Below are positions 10,349 through 21,001 of a DNA stretch of 64,000 nt, one piece after another. This stretch comes from a virus. The position numbers and the translations under genes are program-made. The notes beneath the pieces are model-generated. The model saw only the letters and a program-made list of their open reading frames with translations. It had not been told where the DNA came from and searched no databases. Position 1 is the stretch's first letter; each line of letters begins with the position of its first letter. The DNA is taken from positions 1-64,000 of IMG/VR virus record IMGVR_UViG_3300035665_003403, one strand, 5' to 3'.

Positions 10349-13173
10349 TTTGTAAAAAATTTTGAATTCATTTTATCTAACGCTGTTTTACCAGGTTCTG
10401 TACCAAAATAAAAATAATATGAATTACCCTTAGGTTGTTTATAAGAATTACCAACATAGTTTCTAAATTGGTCATATGCTAAACCATTTGCATCACCAAA
10501 ATTTACTGAGTCTAAATAATTAATTGATGTTCCTAAAACTGGATTTGTTGATGGGAATGGGGTGTTAATACTACTAGGTCCATTTACATTCAAAACATAA
10601 AAAATATCTCTAGCTAATCTGTTAAAGCTATTTGTTGGGTCTGTTGGGTCCATTATTTCATTAACACCAATTGTGCAATCTAAAGTGTCCACACTTGTTG
10701 GGATATCAACACCTAACTCACATTGTCTTCTTATATTTCTACAATTACCTATAGAAAAACTTAACCCAGCACAACTTATTGAAAAGAATACTGCGTTGTC
10801 TGGATTATTTTCTCCGATAGCAATCATACCACAATTTATATCGGTATTACTACCGTTTTCATCGTATTCAGTTATAAGTGGTGGAATCTTATATGTTGTT
10901 GGTGTTAGGAATGGTTGTAATTTTGGGACTCCCTGCCAATCACAATCAAATATAGCCCCTAAATTTATTATGTCGGTTGCATATAATCTCCAACCACCAC
11001 TATGTGTTACTGGGGCATAATATAATTCATCATCTATTTTTCTTATTAAACCATCTGTGATATCAACTGAAACTGTATTTTCTAAGGTTCCATTATCTGT
11101 GAAACAAGTATCAACTAATTTATTATTTCTACAATTATTATCTGGTATACCATCACTATCACCATCAGCTCCTAATATGGTCTCACACTCATAATCACAA
11201 AACTTTTCTTTTCCATTCTTTTTATCTTTATATTTCAATAAAAAAGAATATAATGAACCATTAACCCAATCATTATAAAAATCTAATGTATATAAGTTCA
11301 TTTTATCCGCTAATGATGCTGAAATACAATCACTAAAACCAGCACCAAATTGACCTTCTGCTCCATGACCAGCATGTTGGGCATCACCCTCAACATTTTC
11401 ACAATTATCATCTGTATCAAATAATGAATGCCAATGTTGTATAACTATACCATTGTCTGCCGCTGCTGTAAATCCAAGTTCCTCAGAACCACATCCTGGG
11501 GCATAAACTTGTGGGTCATCAGATGGGCAAGTTAAAGTCATGCATGGTATGTAAGATATAATTTGAGTGTTATCACATGCTGGGTCTAATAATGGGTCGT
11601 ATGTTCCTGTACAGAAACCACGTTTACAATCATCCCCACCAGCTGTTAATCCACAAACGACTACACCTAGTGAATATATTAAATCAAGTATTGTTTTTAA
11701 TATACCATTTAAAAGTTCAATAACACCATTCAATAATCTAATAAGTGTACCATTTATAACTACAGCTAATGCAACCATTATTTGAGTTGTTAAACAAACA
11801 ATACTAAATAATGGGTTTAAATTTGTGTCCACTCTATTATATGGGAATGGTGTTTTATTTCCTGGACAATTATCAACATCCTTTATTCCTATAAATGTTC
11901 TAACGTTACCACCACCAAATGTTTGAAATCTACTTATGAAATTTTTAACACTATATATTTTATTCCAATATAAATCAGTAAAATTTGAATCTGATGTTGT
12001 TTCATCAAAACTAAAATCAACTTGTGAATTTATTGGGTTATTTGGAACTAAGTATTTAGCCCTAGTTCTTAATCTACCTTCACCACCAGTTTGGTCCATA
12101 CCGATTCTAAATCTAACTCTAGCTCTAGTTGGGATACCTATATTTGGGTCATTTGATGGTATTAATTGACCAAATTCATCTGTAACGTAATAATCTAAAT
12201 TCATTGGTATTTGGTATGACCAAGTACCATCTGAATCAATAACTCTGCCACCATTTACGTTGAATTCTTCTACTGTACCATCTGGGGTTTTCCTAATCAT
12301 TTCAATACTACCCTCTGATGTTTCAGTTTCACATAGGTTACCTAAGTCCTTTCTAGGTGTGCAACGCTTGTTGACGCTATTCTTATCGGTGTCACCAAAT
12401 ATACTACCCATGAATATTGCTGATGGTTGAATCCTTAAATTAAAATCAACATCAACTCTTGTAATTCCTATTTCACAATTTTCTAAATCACCCCAAAATG
12501 GTTGTACATTAACACCAATATTTGTTGTCTTCACTTGTGGTAAACTATCTAAATTTTTGTCAGCTCTAAATTTAGTCCCACTTTCAAAATATTTTTCAGA
12601 TACACCATTACTAATTAAATCATATGGGCGTTGAGATACAATACCTATATCTGATATATCAGCATCAATATGTAAGGTATAAACACCAACTGGTAATCCA
12701 AATAGCATAAAATCACCAGCATTATTTGTTACTGATGTAAATTTATAATATTTAGTGTAAATTTTTGTTAATATTTCATTATCTATAATTTGTCTTTTAC
12801 TTGGAAATGTACCTATTGGTGTATAGCAATCGTTTTCACCAGATAGTGAATTAGGTAATAAATTATATCTTATACCATTATCATCTCTATCATAAACTAT
12901 TTCATATGGGTAAAGTGTTGATATCTCAATATTTTCTTTATCAACCTCATCTATTGGGATAAAAGCGGAAACTCTTGCATTTGGTATTCCAAATCCATTA
13001 TTGGCAAAAACTCTACCAACAACAACACCATAATCAGAACAATATTTTCTGTATAAGTCATCTTGTGATATCTTAAGCGAAAGTATCTCTATAAAGTCAA
13101 AATTTTGTTCTAATTTAGTCTTTATATAACTATCATCTCCAATATTGGTTCTTATTCTTAATGAGTTAGACAT
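10339..13173 (-). CDS. Cys-rich structural protein with N-terminal carboxypeptidase-regulatory-like (prealbumin-fold) domain and a central hydrophobic helical segment
   Basis: 944-aa ORF; GVVVGRV...GIPNARVS and TNNAGDFMLFGLPVGVYTLHID fit the prealbumin-like fold; hydrophobic stretch LFSIVCLTTQIMVALAVVING...LGVVVCGL. Confidence 0.5.
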   Translation of the reverse strand: MSNSLRIRTNIGDDSYIKTKLEQNFDFIEILSLKISQDDLYRKYCSDYGVVVGRVFANNGFGIPNARVSAFIPIDEVDKENIEISTLYPYEIVYDRDDNGIRYNLLPNSLSGENDCYTPIGTFPSKRQIIDNEILTKIYTKYYKFTSVTNNAGDFMLFGLPVGVYTLHIDADISDIGIVSQRPYDLISNGVSEKYFESGTKFRADKNLDSLPQVKTTNIGVNVQPFWGDLENCEIGITRVDVDFNLRIQPSAIFMGSIFGDTDKNSVNKRCTPRKDLGNLCETETSEGSIEMIRKTPDGTVEEFNVNGGRVIDSDGTWSYQIPMNLDYYVTDEFGQLIPSNDPNIGIPTRARVRFRIGMDQTGGEGRLRTRAKYLVPNNPINSQVDFSFDETTSDSNFTDLYWNKIYSVKNFISRFQTFGGGNVRTFIGIKDVDNCPGNKTPFPYNRVDTNLNPLFSIVCLTTQIMVALAVVINGTLIRLLNGVIELLNGILKTILDLIYSLGVVVCGLTAGGDDCKRGFCTGTYDPLLDPACDNTQIISYIPCMTLTCPSDDPQVYAPGCGSEELGFTAAADNGIVIQHWHSLFDTDDNCENVEGDAQHAGHGAEGQFGAGFSDCISASLADKMNLYTLDFYNDWVNGSLYSFLLKYKDKKNGKEKFCDYECETILGADGDSDGIPDNNCRNNKLVDTCFTDNGTLENTVSVDITDGLIRKIDDELYYAPVTHSGGWRLYATDIINLGAIFDCDWQGVPKLQPFLTPTTYKIPPLITEYDENGSNTDINCGMIAIGENNPDNAVFFSISCAGLSFSIGNCRNIRRQCELGVDIPTSVDTLDCTIGVNEIMDPTDPTNSFNRLARDIFYVLNVNGPSSINTPFPSTNPVLGTSINYLDSVNFGDANGLAYDQFRNYVGNSYKQPKGNSYYFYFGTEPGKTALDKMNSKFFTKCQ

Positions 13174-13411
13174 TTATTGGTTCTGAAACTGTTTCAGTGT
13201 GTGGTTTTATTTTGTTATTTATTGCTGTAATTATGCCAACCAAATCAAGTGATTTACTTAAGACTATATGCTTAAATAACGCATAAATCAAAAATAAATT
13301 AATGATTGGTAACATGACTAAGGAAAATATAAAGAGTATTACCTTAAGTGTTTTGTTATTATTTGTTTCAACTAATGTTGATTTATCTGATGTCTTACAA
13401 TTGCAACCCAT
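13166..13411 (-). CDS. Small membrane protein (MGCNCK N-terminus)
   Basis: 81-aa ORF with hydrophobic segment VILFIFSLVMLPIINLFLIYALF; overlaps the start of the 944-aa gene. Confidence 0.55.
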   Translation of the reverse strand: MGCNCKTSDKSTLVETNNNKTLKVILFIFSLVMLPIINLFLIYALFKHIVLSKSLDLVGIITAINNKIKPHTETVSEPINV

Positions 13412-13455
13412 AAAAATTTTATTAAAATATAACCTTTTTTAATTTAAAATAAAGA

Positions 13456-15273
13456 TTATTTAGTTCTTATTTTGATATCAGTATTGACATCAAATACCTC
13501 ATACATGGTTGTTGGTTCACCATATATTGTATATTCACCCATTAAATCTATTTCTCTCGTTGCATCATCAACATATGGTTGTTGTGTTTCGTTAAGTGAG
13601 TACTTACCACCACCAACTTTATTATAGACTCTTGTATCCATAACATTTAAGACACCAGACACATTGTTTACCTTTTCAATTAAGTTTGATAAGTAAATGT
13701 TATCACCCATTTGAAAATTATTGATGTTCATGAAATTATTAACGGTTAAAATTACCTCGCTAATTATCTGACTTTTAGGGTATTGTTTATCCAATAATAA
13801 ATCAAATTCAAAACCTAAATTAACAATCTTACCATTAGATATTTCTATAGTGTCATTTAACATTCTATAATTACTCAAATAATTAGATATGTTTGTATTT
13901 AATGTGTTAGTTGAAGTGTTATTAAGTTTACCATTGCTATCTATACCTAAAGTGTAAATTTTAATTTTATTTTGTTCTTCAAAGACACCATATCTAAATG
14001 GTGAACCATATTTTCCTGGCATTAACCCAATTCTTGATTGATAATCTTTTATCGCAACACATCTATTTTGACTAGAAAAATTATATTTAACTAAGTTTCT
14101 TATTTCTTCTATAGATGGTTCATCTCTACCACCTAACGCTGGTATTGGGTTGTTTACTGAAAGAGATGTTCTTACTGAATTATTTATTGCTGGGTCTGCT
14201 CCATTGACAAATATAGTCATGTTACCTTTACCTGTTATGATGTTAGTTCCTAAATTAGAGACTAATCCACCACCAACTCTATATTTGATAAACATGGTTG
14301 TATTGGCTGTTGGGGTAGTTCCTAAGGCCATATTATTGATAAAATTACCTATCTTATTTGTAAGTAGTGTACTAACACCAAAATCACAAATTGAACCTAT
14401 GTCTTGACTTCCACCACCAAACGTTAACTTGGTAAAACCTAAATCAGTGTATTCACTAATAAATCTACGGTTTGTTGACACATATTTACCAGGTATTATT
14501 GATATGTTATCAGAAATTGTTGTGTTATCTTCAATAAAAATTTTATCTTCACTCAATGAATCAACCTCATACCATCTATTTGTTGGTGATAAAAATTGAT
14601 TTAGAGTTGGTTCTTTTGTGTAGTTTGTTCCATCTAGAGTTATAATTGACTCTATAGATAAAACGTTGTCATCTGGTAAAACAACTGATAAGAATGGCTT
14701 AACATCAGCTACTGACATTACTTTCTTAAATACCTTAGTGAATCCATTGATAACCACCTCTCTTTTTGTTAAGGTATAATTAACGATGTTACCATTAGAA
14801 TTCGTATTTGGTATAACTAACCTATTTGGTACCCCACCCAGTGCAAATGGTGATGTAAAATCCACATCATCAATTAATTCAAAAACCTTACCAGAACCTG
14901 TAACTTGTGACCCAGCTCTAATCAGTGGCGCATATGATGAATCAAATGAATCACCCATTACTGGTACTGTAACTGAAAAATCAACAATGGTTACTGATGG
15001 ACGTTTTCCTGGAATCTTTAACCCATAAGTTCTAGCTATGGATAACAATGAACGTCTTTCTTGAGCGAAATCAAGTTGAGTTTCTTGAAACATCCTATCT
15101 GTATTGTATGATAGGTTATCACCAATAGCTGCATTTAACTCCAATAACATCATACCAACAGAACTATCGTTAAAATCGGTGAAAATATTACTATAGTATT
15201 GTTTTATATAGTTAACTAAGTCAGTTCTATAGTCATTAAAATTTCTACTTGAATAATTTACTGGATTTGCCAT
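13456..15273 (-). CDS. Baseplate wedge subunit (T4 gp6 / baseplate J-like)
   Basis: 605 aa; YSSRNFNDYRTDL...FTDFNDSSVGMMLLELNAAIGDNLSYNTD...AQERRSLLSIARTYG, YRVGGG, ALGGRDEPSIEEIR, QNRCVAIKDY. Confidence 0.88.
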   Translation of the reverse strand: MANPVNYSSRNFNDYRTDLVNYIKQYYSNIFTDFNDSSVGMMLLELNAAIGDNLSYNTDRMFQETQLDFAQERRSLLSIARTYGLKIPGKRPSVTIVDFSVTVPVMGDSFDSSYAPLIRAGSQVTGSGKVFELIDDVDFTSPFALGGVPNRLVIPNTNSNGNIVNYTLTKREVVINGFTKVFKKVMSVADVKPFLSVVLPDDNVLSIESIITLDGTNYTKEPTLNQFLSPTNRWYEVDSLSEDKIFIEDNTTISDNISIIPGKYVSTNRRFISEYTDLGFTKLTFGGGSQDIGSICDFGVSTLLTNKIGNFINNMALGTTPTANTTMFIKYRVGGGLVSNLGTNIITGKGNMTIFVNGADPAINNSVRTSLSVNNPIPALGGRDEPSIEEIRNLVKYNFSSQNRCVAIKDYQSRIGLMPGKYGSPFRYGVFEEQNKIKIYTLGIDSNGKLNNTSTNTLNTNISNYLSNYRMLNDTIEISNGKIVNLGFEFDLLLDKQYPKSQIISEVILTVNNFMNINNFQMGDNIYLSNLIEKVNNVSGVLNVMDTRVYNKVGGGKYSLNETQQPYVDDATREIDLMGEYTIYGEPTTMYEVFDVNTDIKIRTK

Positions 15274-15321
15274 ACTTTTTTAATATAAATATCTACAATT
15301 AAAAAACTATGTAAAGAAAAA

Positions 15322-15708
15322 TTAAACCTTTATGGTAACTATATCTGTTTTTTCAAATACACCATCAGTTATAGTATATGAAATAGTTATTGTTGCTAAG
15401 TACTCATTTGTATCGGATGGTTCTACCGTTATTTCATTTACTGTAAGGGTTGGGAAGTATAATTTAACTGTTTCTTTTATCTCCCTATTAACATCAGCTA
15501 ATGTTATACTATCATTTGGTTCAAATATATACTTTAGCAGGTTAGTCCCAAATTTTGGTTTAAAATAACGCTCACCCTTTTGAGTTAATATCAAATGAAT
15601 TAAATCTGACTTAACTGCCGAATCATCATCTTCGTTTAAATCAACAAAAAACCCCTTAGAACTATTTCTAAAGGGATAATGTATGTTTATATATTTACCA
15701 TTAGCCAT
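15322..15708 (-). CDS. Baseplate wedge / sheath initiator (T4 gp25 / GPW family)
   Basis: 128 aa; VKSDLIHLILTQKGERYFKPKFGTNLLKYIFEP signature; adjacent to the gp6-like gene. Confidence 0.9.
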   Translation of the reverse strand: MANGKYINIHYPFRNSSKGFFVDLNEDDDSAVKSDLIHLILTQKGERYFKPKFGTNLLKYIFEPNDSITLADVNREIKETVKLYFPTLTVNEITVEPSDTNEYLATITISYTITDGVFEKTDIVTIKV

Positions 15709-15747
15709 ATATCATAAATATAACTAATTTTAGATTATTTTACATAT

Positions 15748-18129
15748 TTATGACGAACATCCAAAACAATCAAATTGACTATCCTTGGGTTTAGGTGGTA
15801 AATCATCATTTATTTTACTAATATCAGTACCTAAATGCTTCGCACCAGTTGATATTGCCTTGGTCCTAAAGTAGTAAGATAAAGTCTTTAACCCATTCTC
15901 CCATGCATATATTTGAGATGAAGTCATCTTAGATATGGTTGGTTCAGCCATGTGAATATTCATTGATTGAGATTGGTCAATAAAAGGTGCCCTATCTATA
16001 GCCATATCGATTATTGATTTTTGAGGTATTTCATAGATTGTTCTATATTTTTTTAATAGAAACTCAACTCTAGATACCTTTTTATCATAATTTTTATCAT
16101 CAGTGTTCAAATATTTATTGAAATTTATTTTCTGAATTGACCCATCGTGAATCAATAATTCGTCTTTGATTCTATCAGACCAAATACCTAACTTTTCTAA
16201 GTCTTCCATAAGGTATTTGTTTGGAATAATAAACTCACCACCCAAAACTCTTCTAGTAAATAAATTTGAGTGAATTGGTTCTGTCATTTCATATGAATTA
16301 GTGGCCTTTGCGCTAGATGCGGTGGGCATAATTGCTGAAATTAAACTATTGGTTACACCGTATTGTTTTATATCTTTCCTTAGTGTTTCCCAATCATACC
16401 CCATACTTAAATCATTATCACTTAATCCAGCTAAGTTGAATTGAAATTCACCATTTTGAATAGGACTACCTTCGAAATAATCATATACCTTGAATGTGTT
16501 ATTCTTAGCTAACTCCATGCTCTCTAACCAACCGTAGTAGTATATTGTTTCAAATATTTTTTTATTCAATAGTTTTGCTTCTGGTGAATCAAATACTAAA
16601 TCTAACATTAAAAACACATCGGCTAACCCCTGAACCCCAATACCAATTGCTCTTTGTTCTCTACCACCCTTCTCACCTCTTTTTGTTGAATAATGGTTGA
16701 TATCGATTACTTTGTTTAATGACTTAACTATTTTTCTAGTTGAATCACCTAATTTATTGAAATCAAACTCACCATTTTTTATAAAGTTCTTTAATATTAA
16801 TGAAGATAAACTACATATCGCAGTGGTTGTTTCATCAGTGTACTGCAAAATTTCTGAACAAAGATTTGAAGATTTTATAACCCCAATATTATTGTGATTT
16901 GATTTTCTATTAACATTATCTTTTGATAACATGTAAGGTGTACCAGTTTCAACCATTGATTCGTACACTTTCTTCCAAATATCTAAAGCTTTAACTTTTA
17001 TTCCTAACCCTAATTCAACAGCCTTATTATAATTTTTTTCAAATTCTTCACCATAACATTCTTGTAATGGTTTTATTTTATTTTTAACTATATCATTTGG
17101 ACAAAATAAATAATAATCACCATCTTCTTTAACTGCTTTGAAGAAATTATCTGGGCACCATAGTGCAGTGAATACATCTCTAGCTCGTAATTCTTCTTTT
17201 CCGTTGTTTTTTCTAATATCTAACAAATCTATAATATCCTTATGCCAAGGTTCGATATATATTGCAGCAGCACCAGGTCTTTTACCTTGTTGATTAAAGA
17301 ATCTAAGTGATTCATTAACAATCTTAACGTATTTTAATAATCCACCAGCGTTTCCACCAGACTTTGCTATTTTAGATTCTTTGCTTCTAATGTTACTTAA
17401 TGATAAACCAATACCAGCCGCATCTGATGAATATACTGAAATATCTTTTAATGTATTTAAAAGACCATTTCTTGAATCACCATTATTATAAACAAGAACA
17501 CATGATGCTAATTGTGGGTTATGTGTTCCACTATTGATTGTTATTGGTGTTGCTGATGAAATTAGTTTATTGGATAACTCATGATAATAATCAATTGCGT
17601 CCTCAAATGAATTGGTTACCCACAAAGCAACTCTCATATACATATATTGTGGTGTTTCCACCAATACACCATCCGAATTCTTTAGAAGGTATGTTTCTTG
17701 TAATGATTTCCAACCAAAATAATCAAAGTTAAAATCTCTATCATGTACTATAGCAGACTCTACTTTGTCAACACCATATTCTTCAATAATTTCAATTAAT
17801 TTTGAATTTACAACCTTGCTTTCAGATAACTTTATCATGGTTCCATAAAAACCATCTTTTATTGATTTCTTGTAAGATGATATAGCTATATTGGCTGCTA
17901 ATAAACTATAATCATAATGGCTAGCTGTATATGAAAATGCTAATCCAGCTGCTGCCTCGTCAATTTGACTTGTTTTAACAATCCCTTCTGTTGGCATTGC
18001 AGTCATTACATTGATAGCTATTGTGTCTACATTTACTTTTAAGCCTTTTGCTGCTTTACGAATTCTATCATGTATTTTTTTTGGGTTAAATGCAACATAA
18101 CCACCATCTCTTTTTTCTATTTTAAGCAT
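15748..18129 (-). CDS. nrdA: Ribonucleotide reductase class Ia alpha subunit with ATP cone
   Basis: 793 aa; KIEKRDG ATP cone, SATP, QLASC, QQGKRPGA, SSNLCSEI, AICSLSS, IMPTASS, FIDQSQSMN, GLKTLSYY, C-terminal CFGCSS. Confidence 0.97.
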   Translation of the reverse strand: MLKIEKRDGGYVAFNPKKIHDRIRKAAKGLKVNVDTIAINVMTAMPTEGIVKTSQIDEAAAGLAFSYTASHYDYSLLAANIAISSYKKSIKDGFYGTMIKLSESKVVNSKLIEIIEEYGVDKVESAIVHDRDFNFDYFGWKSLQETYLLKNSDGVLVETPQYMYMRVALWVTNSFEDAIDYYHELSNKLISSATPITINSGTHNPQLASCVLVYNNGDSRNGLLNTLKDISVYSSDAAGIGLSLSNIRSKESKIAKSGGNAGGLLKYVKIVNESLRFFNQQGKRPGAAAIYIEPWHKDIIDLLDIRKNNGKEELRARDVFTALWCPDNFFKAVKEDGDYYLFCPNDIVKNKIKPLQECYGEEFEKNYNKAVELGLGIKVKALDIWKKVYESMVETGTPYMLSKDNVNRKSNHNNIGVIKSSNLCSEILQYTDETTTAICSLSSLILKNFIKNGEFDFNKLGDSTRKIVKSLNKVIDINHYSTKRGEKGGREQRAIGIGVQGLADVFLMLDLVFDSPEAKLLNKKIFETIYYYGWLESMELAKNNTFKVYDYFEGSPIQNGEFQFNLAGLSDNDLSMGYDWETLRKDIKQYGVTNSLISAIMPTASSAKATNSYEMTEPIHSNLFTRRVLGGEFIIPNKYLMEDLEKLGIWSDRIKDELLIHDGSIQKINFNKYLNTDDKNYDKKVSRVEFLLKKYRTIYEIPQKSIIDMAIDRAPFIDQSQSMNIHMAEPTISKMTSSQIYAWENGLKTLSYYFRTKAISTGAKHLGTDISKINDDLPPKPKDSQFDCFGCSS

Positions 18130-18133
18130 ATTA

Positions 18134-19081
18134 TTAAAAATCTTCGCTAAATGTTATTTTTTCATCTGTCTTGGCTTTTTGATACTCCAAACCTCTTCTT
18201 TCAAAAAAATTAGTCTTACTCTCCATTGCTATTTGTTCCATAAACTTAAATGGTTGTTCACTATTAAAATGTTTCTGACAATTCAACTTATATAATAGTT
18301 GGTCGACAACATATTCTAAATATTGGTTCATTAAATTAGAATTCATACCAATTAATGAAACAGATAACGCATCTGTTACAAATTGTTTTTCAATCTCTAA
18401 CGCAGATAATAATATTTCTTTTATTTTTGCCTCTGAAGGTTTATTTTCAATATGATTATTTAATAAATGAATTGCAAAATCACAATGTAAATTCTCATCT
18501 TTGAATATCAGAGCATTTGCTGATGATAATCCTGGTAATATACCTCTAGATTTTAACCAAAAAATTGATGTGAATGACCCTGAAAAAAATATACCTTCTA
18601 CAGCAACAAATGCAATTAATCTTTCAATAAATGATTCAGATGAAATCCATTTTAAAGCCCATTCAGCTTTCTTTTTAACTGCTGGTAGTGTTTCAATACC
18701 ATTAAATAATTTATTTTTTTCTTCAGTATCCTTAACATAGGTATCTATCAATAAAGAATAAGTTTCTGAATGAATATTTTCCATCATTATCTGAAAACCA
18801 TAGAAAAACTTAGCTTCGGTATATTGAACTTCATTAATGAAATTCAAAGCAATGTTTTCGTTAACTATACCATCACTTGCAGCAAAAAAAGCTAATACAT
18901 TTTTTATAAAGTATTTTTCATTATCAGTTAAATTATCCCATTGACTTATATCTTCTGTTAAATCAATTTCTTTTGCGGTCCAAAAAGCATTTTCATGTTG
19001 TTGGTAAAACCCCCATATATCATTATGTTCTATAGGGTATAAAACAAACCTGTTAGGGTTATTGGTAAGTATCTTCTCCAT
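18134..19081 (-). CDS. nrdB: Ribonucleotide reductase class Ia beta subunit
   Basis: 315 aa; FWTAKEIDL, FFAASDGIVNEN, ENIHSETY, VEGIFFSGSF, DENLHCDF, KTNFFE. Confidence 0.97.
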   Translation of the reverse strand: MEKILTNNPNRFVLYPIEHNDIWGFYQQHENAFWTAKEIDLTEDISQWDNLTDNEKYFIKNVLAFFAASDGIVNENIALNFINEVQYTEAKFFYGFQIMMENIHSETYSLLIDTYVKDTEEKNKLFNGIETLPAVKKKAEWALKWISSESFIERLIAFVAVEGIFFSGSFTSIFWLKSRGILPGLSSANALIFKDENLHCDFAIHLLNNHIENKPSEAKIKEILLSALEIEKQFVTDALSVSLIGMNSNLMNQYLEYVVDQLLYKLNCQKHFNSEQPFKFMEQIAMESKTNFFERRGLEYQKAKTDEKITFSEDF

Positions 19082-20492
19082 CTTCTTTTTGTGTTGGTTT
19101 TAAATTATCTAAAAAATTCTTCATTTTGGATTGTTGCAAAATTTGGGTTACTCTATTAATAGCATTTTTATCTTTTGATTCACCCATTTCTTTGTTTGTC
19201 TTTGGCTTAACGTTACTAGTTATTTCGATTTGAATTCTTGAATTATCAAATTTGATATTCTCAAATATAGTACCTGACTTACCAAACCTAGATTTAATAA
19301 TAGCTATATTAGCTAACGCTTCATCCATTTGGTCAAGTGTCTTGGCAATTGATACAATAAAGTGTCCTATTTGAGCTTTCTTAATAGACCCACCCATTTT
19401 CTTACCATCAACAACTTCAGCACCAACACCTTCTCTGTTTGATTGTACAGCAGTCCAAGCCACAAAGTTAAATTCTGATGCCATTGCCTCATATTGACGC
19501 ATAATCTTACCCTCAGCAACATTATTATCTGATTCGTTTGATGATGATTGAACCACATCAATGTAGTCTAATATAACTATGTCTGGTTTAAACCCATCCG
19601 AAATACATTTCTTGATGTATTGCTTTATGATTGGCATTGTAGTTGAATCGCTTGGGAATTTCTTTAACTTAAGAATTCCAGGTGCCGAATCTTTAAATTC
19701 AGCCAAAGCTGTTAATTCTTCTTTATGGTCTTTGAATGAATTTAATTCATGACCAGACCAACAAGCTAAGTGTTTTCTCCAAATAGCCTTTGGCATGTCT
19801 TCAAAGAATATTTGAAGTACATTATATCCCAAGTCTTTTGCTGTGTTAGCAACCTTGGTTAAGAACGTTGTTTTTCCCACCCCAAATGGAGCCAAAACAA
19901 TACCTAATTCACCTCTACCAAGTCCACCATCCATAATTATATCCAAACCTAATATTCCAGTTGGAATTGGTGTCCTATAATCATCTGCTAATATATCGTC
20001 AATATCGCTAAGACTTACATCTTCATTTTGATGTAAACCATAATCTAAGGCTTTCTTAAGAATCTCTTCACATTTTGAAAAATCAGTTAATTCACCACTT
20101 TCAATTATCTTCTCTATTTCTAAAGTTGCTTTTCTTAACTCTTGTCTTTTACAAAAGAGCATAGATGTTTCTTGGATGTATGGAGCATCAATAACTCCAA
20201 TATCTTCAACCTTTTTTAAGGTGCCAATTAATAAATCTCTTTCAATATCATCATTTGCTAATGATAAAATCCTACTTCCTAAACCAGATAAATCTGGAGT
20301 TGTTCCATACTGGTCATATGCGTCTTTTATTACCGCAACAATTATTCTTAGATTTTGGTCTTCAAAAAAATTAGGATTAACAATATCTAAAATATCATCA
20401 GCAAATTTCTTATCAATTATTAGTTGTAACACAAATTTTAATTGAAACTCAAACCCTAAGAATGCTAAATTATTTTTATCAATTTTACTCAT
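19059..20492 (-). CDS. dnaB: Replicative DNA helicase (DnaB / T4 gp41 family)
   Basis: 477 aa; IPTGILGLD...GGLGRGELGIVLAPFGVGKT (Walker A), IVILDYID (Walker B), WTAVQSNR, IIKSRFG. Confidence 0.92.
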   Translation of the reverse strand: MSKIDKNNLAFLGFEFQLKFVLQLIIDKKFADDILDIVNPNFFEDQNLRIIVAVIKDAYDQYGTTPDLSGLGSRILSLANDDIERDLLIGTLKKVEDIGVIDAPYIQETSMLFCKRQELRKATLEIEKIIESGELTDFSKCEEILKKALDYGLHQNEDVSLSDIDDILADDYRTPIPTGILGLDIIMDGGLGRGELGIVLAPFGVGKTTFLTKVANTAKDLGYNVLQIFFEDMPKAIWRKHLACWSGHELNSFKDHKEELTALAEFKDSAPGILKLKKFPSDSTTMPIIKQYIKKCISDGFKPDIVILDYIDVVQSSSNESDNNVAEGKIMRQYEAMASEFNFVAWTAVQSNREGVGAEVVDGKKMGGSIKKAQIGHFIVSIAKTLDQMDEALANIAIIKSRFGKSGTIFENIKFDNSRIQIEITSNVKPKTNKEMGESKDKNAINRVTQILQQSKMKNFLDNLKPTQKEDGEDTYQ

Positions 20493-20515
20493 TCTTTATG
20501 TTTAAATAAATACAA

Positions 20516-21001
20516 TTAAAGTGTTACTTGAGCGTAATTTTTTTTATATTCTTTTTGACTAAAAAAACTCCTAATTTCTGACATAATATCTGGAACTAAA
20601 TCTTTTATATTCACTTGATATCTAACCTTTGGTGGGAACCAAGAACCTGAGAACTGACCTTTTGTCACAATTTTTTTATCAACAATAATTTCAAATTGAT
20701 AATTATCTTCTTTATCAACACCTCTATAAATTTCTGAATTTGTTTCTGAGTATGGGTCATAATTTGACCATAAATATTCTAATGATTTATTCTTTAAATA
20801 TTCTGGTATAATACCTAAATGACCATCTTCTGATTCTGTGTTAATAATGTTAAACATTAATTCCCTTAATTCCAATGATTTTAATACATTTGGGTTATAA
20901 TCTCTAACGTTAAATAGTCTCTTACAAATGACTTTATCATTAATGTAAAATCCGAATTCGAACCTTTGTTCTTCTGTTTTTTGTGTTTCTCTGTTATTCA
21001 T
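20516..21001 (-). CDS. Hypothetical protein in the replication operon
   Basis: 161-aa ORF coupled to the exonuclease gene and directly upstream of the helicase. Confidence 0.6.
   Translation of the reverse strand: MNNRETQKTEEQRFEFGFYINDKVICKRLFNVRDYNPNVLKSLELRELMFNIINTESEDGHLGIIPEYLKNKSLEYLWSNYDPYSETNSEIYRGVDKEDNYQFEIIVDKKIVTKGQFSGSWFPPKVRYQVNIKDLVPDIMSEIRSFFSQKEYKKNYAQVTL

Noticed and set aside
13166-13411. Holin or spanin call for the 81-aa membrane protein
   Set aside because: No lipobox or partner gene, and it is far from the lysozyme; kept only as a membrane protein.
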